Shown here in pieces: positions 26,393-35,468 of a stretch of DNA of 37,551 nt (position 1 is its first letter; each line of letters starts with the position of its first letter). Source of the DNA: Candidatus Woesearchaeota archaeon. GTDB taxonomy: Archaea; Nanobdellota; Nanobdellia; Pacearchaeales; GW2011-AR1. Made by a program: the position numbers and the translations under genes. A model generated the notes under the pieces. The model saw nothing but the letters and a program-made list of their open reading frames with translations. It was not told where the DNA came from and did not search any database. The stretch lies in contig CAZIET010000002.1 in assembly GCA_964538405.1 (NCBI GenBank), positions 1 through 37,551 of the forward strand, read 5' to 3'.

Positions 26393-27265
26393 TTAGGCAG
26401 AAGTATTAGTGGTTGTGTTGGATTCTGCGGAAGTATTTGTTGTATTTTCTGCAGTTGTTTCAACTTCCGACTCTACTTCAACTTCTTCTGTTTCTGGAAG
26501 GTCTCTAGCCATGAATCCCCACCAGGGTTTCTTTATTACTATAATGGTTCCCGTTTCTGCATCAACATCTGCTTCAAGGTTCTCGTCCACTGGAATTATA
26601 AAGAACAATCTTGCCTTTTTCTTTACTTTGACTTCATATTCTCCCTCTTCATTCAGATCCATTGATTCATTTTCAAGTTTAGCCTTTATTCTTTCCCTTA
26701 TTTTCATCTTTACTTCATCCGGAAGGACTTTTATTGGACGAGTTTCGTTTCCAAACCTTCCATACAATGTTCCATTTTCCTTGTATAACTCAACGGTTGT
26801 GGAAGCATTCACCCTTTTTGTCTGTATTATCACATTTCCGGAATTTCCTGCGTGAATTGTCATTTCTCTTGTTCCGTTAACCATGCATTTCATTGTAGAA
26901 CCGGAGCAGCTGCAGTTTACAGGACATTCCGTGGCGTTTTTTATCCTTAACCTGTTTTTCTCCTGCAGAATCATTCTTTTTTGATCATCGCTTAGTCTTG
27001 CTCTGAACTCATTCTTTTCCCTAATCTCTCCATCTTTAGCCTTTATTCTTCTTTCTTCTTTTATCCTTATTTCACCATTCTTTTCTTCTGTTTTGGTTTT
27101 AACTTCTACTTCAGTTTCAGTGTTTGAAGATTCCGAGTTTGAAGATTCCGTTGATGAATCTGAACTGCTTCCAGAACTATTTGAACCTTCTTCAGCAATT
27201 ACAAAAGAATTAACCATTACCAAAAATGTAAATACAAAAAACAAACCAATAACCAACTTCTTCAT
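26393..27265 (-). CDS. Secreted S/T/E-rich protein
   Basis: A signal peptide is followed by a low-complexity SSGSSSDSSTESSNSESSNTE segment, a Cys cluster (CPVNCSCSGSTMKC) and a T/N-rich C-terminus. Confidence 0.5.
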   Translation of the reverse strand: MKKLVIGLFFVFTFLVMVNSFVIAEEGSNSSGSSSDSSTESSNSESSNTETEVEVKTKTEEKNGEIRIKEERRIKAKDGEIREKNEFRARLSDDQKRMILQEKNRLRIKNATECPVNCSCSGSTMKCMVNGTREMTIHAGNSGNVIIQTKRVNASTTVELYKENGTLYGRFGNETRPIKVLPDEVKMKIRERIKAKLENESMDLNEEGEYEVKVKKKARLFFIIPVDENLEADVDAETGTIIVIKKPWWGFMARDLPETEEVEVESEVETTAENTTNTSAESNTTTNTSA

Positions 27266-27296
27266 GAGTTGTTAACAGAAAAATTGTTTATAAATA

Positions 27297-28493
27297 TTAC
27301 TTTACCAAAATTCCCCAACCAATAAGTCTCCAGTGTCCTTGAATATTTCTTGCGATTCCAACATTATCCCCTTCCAAAGGAACTATTGGAATGTTCAGTG
27401 ACAACTCAATATCATTTGTTTTTTTATCTATTTTTTCGACAATTCCAACAGTTATAGTGGTATTTGCACTTAACATCAACATTTCCTTGTGCTTTATTTC
27501 CTCAATCTTTTGCTCATCATTAATTCCAGAAATATTCTTGAATAATTCCGGCTTCATTTTTATCTTGTAAGTTATTTCAGGCAAGCCACCCTTTACTGAA
27601 ACCAAGCATCCAGTCAGTGAATCTGTTTTCGTCAAGAAAGGATCAAGAGCAGTTTCAATTGAAATGCTCACTCCCGGGGTCGCTTCCTTTACTGGTTGAC
27701 TTCCCTTGTACAAAGAAAGAACTTTTGTAGTAAGAGTTTCATAGATTTGCTGATTTGCTTTTTTAGTGCTTAATCCGGGCTTGATTTCTATTTCGTCTCC
27801 AATCTTTAATTTTCCAGATTTTAGAATTCCTCCTAAAACCCCTCCCTTTAGATCGCTAATTTTAGTTCCTGGCCTGTTAACATCAAAGCTTCTTGCAATC
27901 AGGAACAACGGTTTTGCATTTAGGTCTCTTTTTGGAATTTCCATTTTAGCCAACTGTTCAATTACTCTGTCCAAATTGATTTCTTGCAAAGTTGAAACCG
28001 GAATTATTGGCGCATTTTCTGCAAATGTTCCATTTACAAAATTCTTTATTTCATTGTAACTCTTCATTGCCTGCTCTTTTGTGACAAGATCGATTTTGTT
28101 TTGAACTATAATTATATTCTTGATTTTCTTTGCCTGCAGTGCCATGAAGTGCTCTTTTGTCTGCGGCTTTATCCCTTCGTTTGCGGCTATAAGTAAAATT
28201 GCGGCGTCAATAATTGCGGCTCCTGAAAGCATGGTTGCCATAAGCATTTCGTGTCCTGGAGCATCTATGAAGCTGACGTATCTGTATGGAGTAGAATTTT
28301 TTTCATTCTTGTTTGTGAACCCTTCTTTGGTTTTGTAAATTGTCATTTCCGCATAGCCTAATTTTATTGTAATTCCTCTTTTAAGCCCCTCTGAATGTGT
28401 ATCTGTGAACTTTCCAGTAAGCTTGCTCAAGAAAGTGGTTTTTCCATGGTCTATATGCCCCACAATTCCGACGTTTATCTCTGGTATGTCCAT
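27297..28493 (-). CDS. eif2g: Translation initiation factor aIF2 gamma subunit
   Basis: NVGIVGHIDHGKTTFLSKLTG, ELKRGITIKLGYA, FIDAPGHE and QNKIDL are present, and the C-terminus is RLIGWGILV. Confidence 0.9.
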   Translation of the reverse strand: MDIPEINVGIVGHIDHGKTTFLSKLTGKFTDTHSEGLKRGITIKLGYAEMTIYKTKEGFTNKNEKNSTPYRYVSFIDAPGHEMLMATMLSGAAIIDAAILLIAANEGIKPQTKEHFMALQAKKIKNIIIVQNKIDLVTKEQAMKSYNEIKNFVNGTFAENAPIIPVSTLQEINLDRVIEQLAKMEIPKRDLNAKPLFLIARSFDVNRPGTKISDLKGGVLGGILKSGKLKIGDEIEIKPGLSTKKANQQIYETLTTKVLSLYKGSQPVKEATPGVSISIETALDPFLTKTDSLTGCLVSVKGGLPEITYKIKMKPELFKNISGINDEQKIEEIKHKEMLMLSANTTITVGIVEKIDKKTNDIELSLNIPIVPLEGDNVGIARNIQGHWRLIGWGILVK

Positions 28494-28543
28494 GGCTTTA
28501 TAGGCAAGAAATAGTTTTTAAGGTTTGGTGTTTCTTTGATTTT

Positions 28544-28987
28544 ATGACAAGGGTAAGTGCGGGATTATTGATGTTTCGAATTAAAGACAAGTTGGAAGTT
28601 TTTCTTGCGCATCACGGAGGTCCATTTTGGAAAGATAAGGATATTGGATCATGGACAATTCCAAAGGGAGAGGTTGAGAAAGGAGAGGAATTATTAGAAA
28701 CTGCGAAAAGAGAATTTGAAGAAGAAACAGGAATTGTTCCAGAAGGGGAATTTATCTTTCTTGGAGATGTAAAACAAAAATCAGGAAAGATTGTCCATGC
28801 ATGGGCTTTCAAAAAAGACTGGAGCGGACTTTTGAGACTGAATTATATTACTGTTGAAATAAGTGGAAATAAAATGAAGATCCCTGAGATTGACAAGGCA
28901 CAATATTTTACAATTGAAAAGGCAAAGGAAAAAATAAATCCTGCGCAAAAAGAATTCTTGGAAAGATTGGAGAAATTAATTTTCTAA
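28544..28987 (+). CDS. NUDIX hydrolase
   Basis: The Nudix box is GEVEKGEELLETAKREFEEETG. Confidence 0.85.
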   Translation: MTRVSAGLLMFRIKDKLEVFLAHHGGPFWKDKDIGSWTIPKGEVEKGEELLETAKREFEEETGIVPEGEFIFLGDVKQKSGKIVHAWAFKKDWSGLLRLNYITVEISGNKMKIPEIDKAQYFTIEKAKEKINPAQKEFLERLEKLIF

Positions 28988-29283
28988 TCGCAGAATTTTA
29001 TTCCATTATCGTAAAATTCTTGATATATTTGATGGTCAGGATCATTTTTTGAAATTTTGATTAATTTTTTATTAAGAATGGGGTCATTCGGAAAAAAGGC
29101 TTGATCAACTATATTGTCTCCATCTGCGTCTATAACAAAAAAATTGTGGGGGCTATCTTTTTGATCCACGTATCTGACTACTGATGGATAACAAGATGCC
29201 TTTAATATAAATTCCCTTTTTGCTTCTGAAGTTTGAGAAAGTAGGGTACCAAACAAAGCGAGTATTGACAAGGTTTTTTTCAT
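28984..29283 (-). CDS. Secreted protein with CYP...DxDGD motif; paralog of 25070..25534
   Basis: See 25070..25534. The signal peptide is MKKTLSILALFGTLLSQTSEA. Confidence 0.55.
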   Translation of the reverse strand: MKKTLSILALFGTLLSQTSEAKREFILKASCYPSVVRYVDQKDSPHNFFVIDADGDNIVDQAFFPNDPILNKKLIKISKNDPDHQIYQEFYDNGIKFCD

Positions 29284-29286
29284 CTT

Positions 29287-29607
29287 TTAATCCTCACATC
29301 TTTCCCAATAACATGGTGGGAAATATTCTTGAGTAATTGGTTGTTCTTCTGTAACTTCTATCGGATGGAAGTCAACGTAATCTATATCACCGAAACATTC
29401 TCCTACATCTGCCTTTGTAAGCTGTGGTTTGAATTGTTCGTCTTTTTTGTCAAGTCGGCAGTCATATCCCTCTTCTGGCATGCTAAATTGCCTTGAGAAT
29501 GTAGAATTTAAAAGACTATTTCTGCCTTGTGCTAGACCAAGTCCGTAAGCTCCCGCCATAATTGATGCAGCGCTTAGCCCCATAATTAATTTTTTTGAAG
29601 TTTTCAT
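29287..29607 (-). CDS. Secreted Cys-containing protein, unknown function
   Basis: Signal-like MKTSKKLIMGLSAASIMAGAYGLGLAQG. Four Cys. ATGA overlap with the upstream small TM gene. Confidence 0.5.
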   Translation of the reverse strand: MKTSKKLIMGLSAASIMAGAYGLGLAQGRNSLLNSTFSRQFSMPEEGYDCRLDKKDEQFKPQLTKADVGECFGDIDYVDFHPIEVTEEQPITQEYFPPCYWERCED

Positions 29608-29813
29608 CTTTGTATTTTTGAGATTTGAGAATCTGGGTGAAGTTCTGCCTGTACCATTTCCCCGTATTTTAAATCATAATTTGCATTCATCCTTTCAGGC
29701 AAAGTGCCAAATGAATATACTATAAATAATCCTAGTGCTATAATAGATCCCATATCCAAACCAAATTTTGTTCCATATCCTGAACTTAGATTTCTTTCAA
29801 TAGTTTTTGTCAT
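29604..29813 (-). CDS. Small membrane protein
   Basis: 69 aa with one hydrophobic helix (GSIIALGLFIVYSFG). It is the first gene of a three-gene minus-strand unit. Confidence 0.4.
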   Translation of the reverse strand: MTKTIERNLSSGYGTKFGLDMGSIIALGLFIVYSFGTLPERMNANYDLKYGEMVQAELHPDSQISKIQR

Positions 29814-29893
29814 TTTGTTGAACTCTTTGTAAAAATAATACTAAAAGTGGATTTATAAATTTTCCTATTTTGTTACCACTAATTAATAACATA

Positions 29894-30340
29894 TCAAGCA
29901 GCAGGTTTTGCTTCTTCCTTTGGCTTGTTTTGGTCTGGAAATATTTCGGCGAGTTTCTTTGAACCTTCCTTCAATACTTTCAAATTAATCTGGACAATGT
30001 CTGGAGAAATCACCTTTCCCCTCACCGTTTTCCTTAATCTGAGTCCATTAGGCTTCATAGTGCTTCTTTTCTTTTTTCCTTCTCTTCTGGAACGCTTTTT
30101 CATTCCTGTTCCGTAGCCAAGCAAGACTCTTTTCAACGCAATGCCATCAACTTCCTTCAAGGAAGGGAACCCTGCCTTGTCGCTTGCTCCGACAATTTCA
30201 AACTGATAACCGCTTAAATCTCCAGAAATTTCCTTTCCGTCTACTTTATCATGCAATGATTTTCCAATTATTTCCTCGCTTTCCAAGTCCAGATGGAATG
30301 TCTTTCCCGTCTTTTCAGCAATGTTTATCTTGAATGGCAT
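29894..30340 (-). CDS. rps6e: Ribosomal protein S6e
   Basis: MPFKINIAEKTGKTFHLDL...GYQFEIVGASDKAGFP...RVLL...LRLRKTVRG is the S6e pattern. The ATG at 30340 is preferred to 30352. Confidence 0.85.
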   Translation of the reverse strand: MPFKINIAEKTGKTFHLDLESEEIIGKSLHDKVDGKEISGDLSGYQFEIVGASDKAGFPSLKEVDGIALKRVLLGYGTGMKKRSRREGKKKRSTMKPNGLRLRKTVRGKVISPDIVQINLKVLKEGSKKLAEIFPDQNKPKEEAKPAA

Positions 30341-30374
30341 GTTAGTTATCAATAAAGTCTGTTTTTAAACATTT

Positions 30375-30716
30375 TCAATATGGAGTTATAAGTTTTTCTC
30401 CATATAAGTCATATCTTCCCGGACCCACCCACCTTTTTTCTATTCTGTCATAACCAGCTCGCCTAAACTCTTCCATTCTTTCTGGCACCTCACTTTCTAG
30501 AATTTTTTCAGCAAGAACATCTTTTTTCCCTAAAGAAACAACATTGTTTACCTGTGAAGGTTTTCTGAAATTAAAATTATCAGAATCATCAGGCGATGTG
30601 GAATTTGAAGATGTAGGATCTTTTCTAGAAAAGCTTGGTCTTAAAACATCAGTGCGACTAACTGGTGCTTTTTGCTTTACCCTTACTAATTTGCTTAAAT
30701 CAACTAAATCTGCCAT
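30375..30716 (-). CDS. Hypothetical protein upstream of rps6e
   Basis: 113-aa ORF on the same strand, ending 22-34 nt before the rps6e start (30352 or 30340). Confidence 0.4.
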   Translation of the reverse strand: MADLVDLSKLVRVKQKAPVSRTDVLRPSFSRKDPTSSNSTSPDDSDNFNFRKPSQVNNVVSLGKKDVLAEKILESEVPERMEEFRRAGYDRIEKRWVGPGRYDLYGEKLITPY

Positions 30717-30791
30717 ATTAGTTATTCAGAAAAATGGTATTTAAAGTTTTTCGATTCACAAGTCTTAAAAACAAAGAGACTAAATTTTTAT

Positions 30792-31292
30792 ATGAATCTA
30801 CGTGATGTTGTTGTGGATGGGAATAAATTTGAACTTATAAATGGAGGTGGGTTTGGAAAAATTTATAGAGTCAATCCAGAATTAGTTGTAAAAATTGTCA
30901 GGACACCTTCAACCATTGAGCGACAAAGAACTATACTTGAGGGTGAATATACCATTCAAAGGGCCTTATTTGAAAAAAGCATTTCTGTACCTGTTCCTAT
31001 TGGGGTTTTGGACTTACAAGTAGACAGATGGAGTGTTGTTCCTGGTTTTTTTATGCAGTACATTAAGGGTGTAAATTTGAGTGAGCTTTCAAAAGATGAA
31101 TATAAGGAGATCAACGAGATGGTGAAAAGAGAGATAGAAAAAGCCAAAGATTTAGGTTTTGTTATTGGCTTTGATGCACATTCTAAAAGAAATTCTATAT
31201 ATGGGGTAAATGGAAGAATTTATCTCATTGATTTTATGCACTGGGAGATGCCTGATGTTACATTCCCCACTCAGACTTCTTTTTCCTTTTGA
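30792..31292 (+). CDS. Minimal protein-kinase-like protein (Bud32/RIO-like, putative)
   Basis: Gly-rich loop GGGFGKIY, then VVKIV (the VxK lysine), a catalytic-loop-like FDAHSKRN and an IYLIDF (DFG-like) segment. Only 166 aa. Confidence 0.5.
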   Translation: MNLRDVVVDGNKFELINGGGFGKIYRVNPELVVKIVRTPSTIERQRTILEGEYTIQRALFEKSISVPVPIGVLDLQVDRWSVVPGFFMQYIKGVNLSELSKDEYKEINEMVKREIEKAKDLGFVIGFDAHSKRNSIYGVNGRIYLIDFMHWEMPDVTFPTQTSFSF

Positions 31293-33012
31293 TTTCGGCG
31301 ATTTCCTGAAGTAATCTTATTTCATTCTGCGCAAGAACATCCTTGTTTTTCTTTAGATTTTTAAACTGAGATTCCGACATATCAGAATAAAGGAAATTTG
31401 AGTTTTTCATTTGTCTTTCAAAATTTAACCCCGGAACTGAAATTGCCAATTCCATCCCGGTAGTTGCTTCCGAAACAGACTTCTTTTCCAACTGCATATT
31501 CTTTATCCTCCCAATTTTTTCATCATTTTGATCAATCATGTTTATTCCTGTAATAGCCTTTCCAACCTCTACCCTCACTCCGAATATTGATGGGTTTTGA
31601 TTTCTGAAAACAAACTGCGGCAAGACTGTTAATTTAAACAGAGAACTTAATCCGAGAAGTTTTTTCTTTTCTATTTCAATTGCCTTTTCCTCACGGAATT
31701 TTTTTATATTATCTATTAATTTGTAAATAACATCCTCAGTAATAATCTTGATTTCCTTCCCTTGCATTTCTTTATCTTCTTCATCAACGGAAACATTGAA
31801 TCCGGCAATCAATGCGTCCACTTCATTTATTTTTATGTTGGCTTTTGCAGAAATCAAATCAGTTTTATTTATGTTTCCAATTCCAGCCTTTACAACTGAA
31901 ATATTATTTTCCTTTAACAAACTCAGTAATGCTTCCAGACTTCCAAGAGAATCTGCTTTTGCAATGATTCCCTGCTTTTCCGTTTTTATGTTTTCAAGGA
32001 TTTCTTTTTTGAAGATTTCCTTTATTTCATTCAGATTATTCTTGAATTTCATGAATGGCATTCCGGGAAGTATTTCAAACTTTTCCGTAAATTGAAGCTT
32101 TAATCCGGTTGCAGCATGAACTTCATCCTTTGGCTGGAATTTATTACTAAGGGGGACTATTTCCTCCAAAATTCTTATTCTTGTTGTTTTTGCATTACCT
32201 TCAATATCTGCAACTGCGATTTCATCATCCTTTGAAAGTTTTCCGCTGTAAAGTATTGATTCTGCATAGTTCATTGCCTTCTCCTTTTTTACTTCTAAGA
32301 TTATTCCCCTTGCATCTTCCTTTTGTGATAATTTCTCCCCGAGATACTTCTGGCTTAATCCACACAACACCATAATGAGTTCGGGAATTCCCTCTTTTGT
32401 TCTTGCGCTGCATGGAACCAATGCAAGATTTTTTGTGAAATCAGAAATATTGTAGAATAGTTCTGCATCATACCCAAACGAATTAAGCGATCCTACAATG
32501 GTCATATATCTTTCATCAAAGATCTGCTTTACATTGATTGGCTGGGTTTCAATATTTTTTCTTAGGTCAATATCTGGATTTTTGTTTGTTCTCCATCCAG
32601 AAATATTATCGATTTTATTCAGTGCTATAATAAAAGGAGTTTTATTTTTTTTCAGAATCTGTATAACTTCCTGAGTCTGTGGCTTTATTCCTTCATTGAT
32701 GTCTATTACAAGGATTGCAATATCTGCTAAGCTTCCTCCTCTCTTTCTCAGATTTGTAAATGATGCATGTCCCGGAGTATCTATGAATAAAAATCCGGGG
32801 ATGTCTATTTTCATTTTAGACTTAGTTATAAGGGGAAATGATTTTTTCAGTTGTTCAATGGGGTATAATGTAAAAGAGATTTTTTGGGTGATTCCGCCAG
32901 CTTCTTTTTCTTGAACCGAGCTCTCTCTAATTGAATCTAAAATGCTCGTTTTACCGTGGTCGACGTGACCTGCAACCGTGATGATCGGCTGTCGTATTAT
33001 CGTGTTTTCCAT
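31258..33012 (-). CDS. infB: Translation initiation factor aIF5B (IF-2 family GTPase)
   Basis: PIITVAGHVDHGKTSILD, FIDTPGH and LNKID are present. Its 584 aa fit the four-domain length. Confidence 0.9.
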   Translation of the reverse strand: MENTIIRQPIITVAGHVDHGKTSILDSIRESSVQEKEAGGITQKISFTLYPIEQLKKSFPLITKSKMKIDIPGFLFIDTPGHASFTNLRKRGGSLADIAILVIDINEGIKPQTQEVIQILKKNKTPFIIALNKIDNISGWRTNKNPDIDLRKNIETQPINVKQIFDERYMTIVGSLNSFGYDAELFYNISDFTKNLALVPCSARTKEGIPELIMVLCGLSQKYLGEKLSQKEDARGIILEVKKEKAMNYAESILYSGKLSKDDEIAVADIEGNAKTTRIRILEEIVPLSNKFQPKDEVHAATGLKLQFTEKFEILPGMPFMKFKNNLNEIKEIFKKEILENIKTEKQGIIAKADSLGSLEALLSLLKENNISVVKAGIGNINKTDLISAKANIKINEVDALIAGFNVSVDEEDKEMQGKEIKIITEDVIYKLIDNIKKFREEKAIEIEKKKLLGLSSLFKLTVLPQFVFRNQNPSIFGVRVEVGKAITGINMIDQNDEKIGRIKNMQLEKKSVSEATTGMELAISVPGLNFERQMKNSNFLYSDMSESQFKNLKKNKDVLAQNEIRLLQEIAEIKRKKKSEWGM

Positions 33013-33085
33013 TCTTTTTTGAGTAATTTTTCCCTTTTAGAGCTTTCTAAATTAAATTTAAATAATACAAAACACTGAATATTTC

Positions 33086-33247
33086 ATGGGAATGTGGTAT
33101 GGGCTTTTTTTTGCAGCCTTAACGGCTTTTCTAGCTTTTGAAACATACAAGTATTATTCGTATCTCGGCATGTGGGATGCCCGTATATTTATAGGATTGA
33201 TAATTGTCTGCGCAATTTTAACAGTAATTGATTTTATGGAAGAATAA
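33086..33247 (+). CDS. 53-aa two-helix membrane peptide (not in the ORF track)
   Basis: MGMWYGLFFAALTAFLAFETYKYYSYLGMWDARIFIGLIIVCAILTVIDFMEE-stop. It fills the gap upstream of the bPH-domain gene. No strong SD. Confidence 0.3.
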   Translation: MGMWYGLFFAALTAFLAFETYKYYSYLGMWDARIFIGLIIVCAILTVIDFMEE

Positions 33248-33288
33248 AACAACATAATCTTTATAATCCTCCATACATTATTAAAATC

Positions 33289-33759
33289 ATGAAAGAGAAA
33301 GGGGGCGATGTTCTTCACGTCCGGAGTTCCAGAAAAATTTATTTTCCCATATATTTGATGATATTTATCCTTGTTTTGACTCTTGGAATTGCTAAGATTA
33401 CAGGAAAAGAAGTAAGCAATCTTACATTGAAACTTGCAATCGGATTCATAGTCGCATGTTTTGTAATTACTGAAGTTCACAGATTGGGAAGCTGGTATGA
33501 GGTCAATCCAAATGCATTAGTGGTTTCAAAAGGCCTTTTATCAAGGACAACAAGAAGGGTAGATTTGGTTTCAGTCAGCGATGCAGATACAAGACAGCAT
33601 GTTTGGCAGAGATTTCTTAATTATGGGGATGTAAGGGCCAGATTATTTTCAAAGGAAAGCACTGTTTTGATAAAAAATGTGAACAAGCCTGAGGAGTTCA
33701 TTGACTTTTTGGAAAAAAACATGAACAAGAAAAAAGCAGGAGAGGGGTCGCCAATATGA
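33289..33759 (+). CDS. Membrane protein with bacterial PH (bPH_2/YdbT-like) domain
   Basis: Two TM helices are followed by SWYEVNPNALVVSKGLLSRTTRRVDLVSVSD...YGDV, typical of bPH_2. Confidence 0.55.
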   Translation: MKEKGGDVLHVRSSRKIYFPIYLMIFILVLTLGIAKITGKEVSNLTLKLAIGFIVACFVITEVHRLGSWYEVNPNALVVSKGLLSRTTRRVDLVSVSDADTRQHVWQRFLNYGDVRARLFSKESTVLIKNVNKPEEFIDFLEKNMNKKKAGEGSPI

Positions 33760-33784
33760 AAACAAAAATCAGGAGAATTTCATA

Positions 33785-34510
33785 ATGAGTGAGATAGAAT
33801 TCATAAAGAAAGACAGTAAAAAACACAAATCAAAAAAATACTACTTTAAGTGGGCATTATTTTTGATGTTTTTGGGAATTTTTGCGCTAATTATTTACAC
33901 TTCTTTCTTTGGGGGATTTGACTTTACAGGAAGTGTTATTAGTGGTGGTGGAGATATTATTAGCGGAACTACATCCGGAAAATCAATTGACTTTAGTTCT
34001 TCAACCACCGTGCCAGAATTGACATTAACCGGGAGCTTTGAAAAAGTGGAAGTCAGAGGGGGAGCTGAGTCATATCTTCAGGTAGGAGATCAGAAATTCT
34101 TTTTGGGAGATTCAAAGAACAATTACATTGTGTTTAGAAACTATGAAGGAGAAATAATTTTTGATTCAGGAAAGATTTCAAAATTAAATGGAAAGGCTGT
34201 TGAAACAACAATTAACGGAATTCTTGTAACTCCACAAACAAAAGAAACATCAAAAATAAATTTACAGACTCCAATCAATTATAATATGCTTATTTTGATA
34301 AATGAAGTACAGATAAAGAGAGCAACCTATGTGACTTCCGGAACAATAAATGTTGGGAATGGAAAAAATGCAATCAACATACAGGAAGAGCAGGTTACAA
34401 TTACTGGATTCAAGGGAAATCTTGAAGCAATAAACGGAAAGTTAAATCTTGCGGGAAAAATTCAGGGATTTGATGTTGCTGGGGAAACAAATATTCATAT
34501 TGGAAGTTAA
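33785..34510 (+). CDS. N-terminally anchored beta-rich protein, unknown function
   Basis: The TM segment is WALFLMFLGIFALIIYTSFF. A G/S/T/N-rich, beta-like sequence follows. Confidence 0.45.
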   Translation: MSEIEFIKKDSKKHKSKKYYFKWALFLMFLGIFALIIYTSFFGGFDFTGSVISGGGDIISGTTSGKSIDFSSSTTVPELTLTGSFEKVEVRGGAESYLQVGDQKFFLGDSKNNYIVFRNYEGEIIFDSGKISKLNGKAVETTINGILVTPQTKETSKINLQTPINYNMLILINEVQIKRATYVTSGTINVGNGKNAINIQEEQVTITGFKGNLEAINGKLNLAGKIQGFDVAGETNIHIGS

Positions 34511-34513
34511 ATA

Positions 34514-35128
34514 TTATAACTGTCTTGTTCTCATCAAACAGAAATAAGGTTTGGGCTTTTCTTTATGTTGTTCAAGGGTTATGAGCCTGATTTCTAGTAT
34601 TTCAAATTCATTTCTAAAGAGTTGTTCAATATCTTCTTTAGAAAAGTGATATGGACCTTTAACATCTCCTTGGTCACTAGATGCAATTAAGACAAAATAA
34701 CCTCCTTTTTTCAAGAGCCTTTTAATGTTTGTAAGATATCCTGCCCTTTTTTCTTTAGGAATAAAATGAAAGCAAGCTCTGTCGTAGATAAATTGGAATG
34801 TTTCTTTTAGGGAATTAAGTTGAGATGCATCTTCGACTAAAAATTTTATTTTGACACCGTTCTTCTCTGCCCTTTTTTTAGCTTCTCCTATAGCATTGTT
34901 TGAAATATCGATAGCGGTAACTTCAAAACCATTTTTTGCCAAGAAAATAGAGTCGTTACCATGACCACAACCTAGTTCTAAAACTTTACATGGTTTAACA
35001 ATTTTACCTTTAACAAGCCTAACAAGTTCATCTTCGGATTGATTTACATCCCAGGGTGTAGATTTATTTGAATATACCTTTTCCCAATCTCTATACACAT
35101 CAGGAACTTCTAGTTCTTTATTAATCAT
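34514..35128 (-). CDS. Class I SAM-dependent methyltransferase
   Basis: Motif I is VLELGCGHGNDSIFLAKNG, followed by the acidic AIDIS. The N-terminal Trp-containing segment is TPMT/TehB-like. Confidence 0.8.
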   Translation of the reverse strand: MINKELEVPDVYRDWEKVYSNKSTPWDVNQSEDELVRLVKGKIVKPCKVLELGCGHGNDSIFLAKNGFEVTAIDISNNAIGEAKKRAEKNGVKIKFLVEDASQLNSLKETFQFIYDRACFHFIPKEKRAGYLTNIKRLLKKGGYFVLIASSDQGDVKGPYHFSKEDIEQLFRNEFEILEIRLITLEQHKEKPKPYFCLMRTRQL

Positions 35129-35174
35129 AATTAGTAGTAATAGAATGGGGTTAAAAGTTTTGCGAATTCATAAC

Positions 35175-35468
35175 TTAAATGCCAAATTTCTTCAAATCAA
35201 TTTTTCCGTTTTCTATTATGATTCCTTCCTTTTTTAACATTTCAATTTTCTTTTTTGTACCATGAGCAAATCCACCTACTTTTCCGTTTGATTTTATTAC
35301 ACGATGACACGCGATTTTTGGAGCATAGGGATTATTGTTCAGTGCATTTCCCACTGCGCGATAAGATTTTTTTCCTAATTTCTTTGAGATATTTTTGTAG
35401 GTTGTAACTTTTCCTTTGGGAATCTTTTTCAGAATTTCATAAACTCTTTTTTCAAAATCAGTTGGCAT
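35175..35468 (-). CDS. ogt: Methylated-DNA-protein-cysteine methyltransferase, catalytic/DNA-binding domain only
   Basis: IPKGKVTTYKNISKKLG..SYRAVGNALNNNPYAPKIACHRVI. The active-site motif is ACHRV in place of PCHRV. 97 aa. Confidence 0.8.
   Translation of the reverse strand: MPTDFEKRVYEILKKIPKGKVTTYKNISKKLGKKSYRAVGNALNNNPYAPKIACHRVIKSNGKVGGFAHGTKKKIEMLKKEGIIIENGKIDLKKFGI

Noticed and set aside
26409-26855. Plus-strand ORF of 148 aa
   Set aside because: It is antisense to the secreted S/T/E-rich protein, which has a clear signal peptide.
31748-32095. Plus-strand ORF of 115 aa and other ORFs inside infB
   Set aside because: These are antisense shadows of aIF5B, whose GTPase motifs are unambiguous.
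33154-33480. Minus-strand ORF of 108 aa
   Set aside because: It overlaps both the small TM ORF and the start of the bPH-domain gene on the plus strand. It has no motif support.
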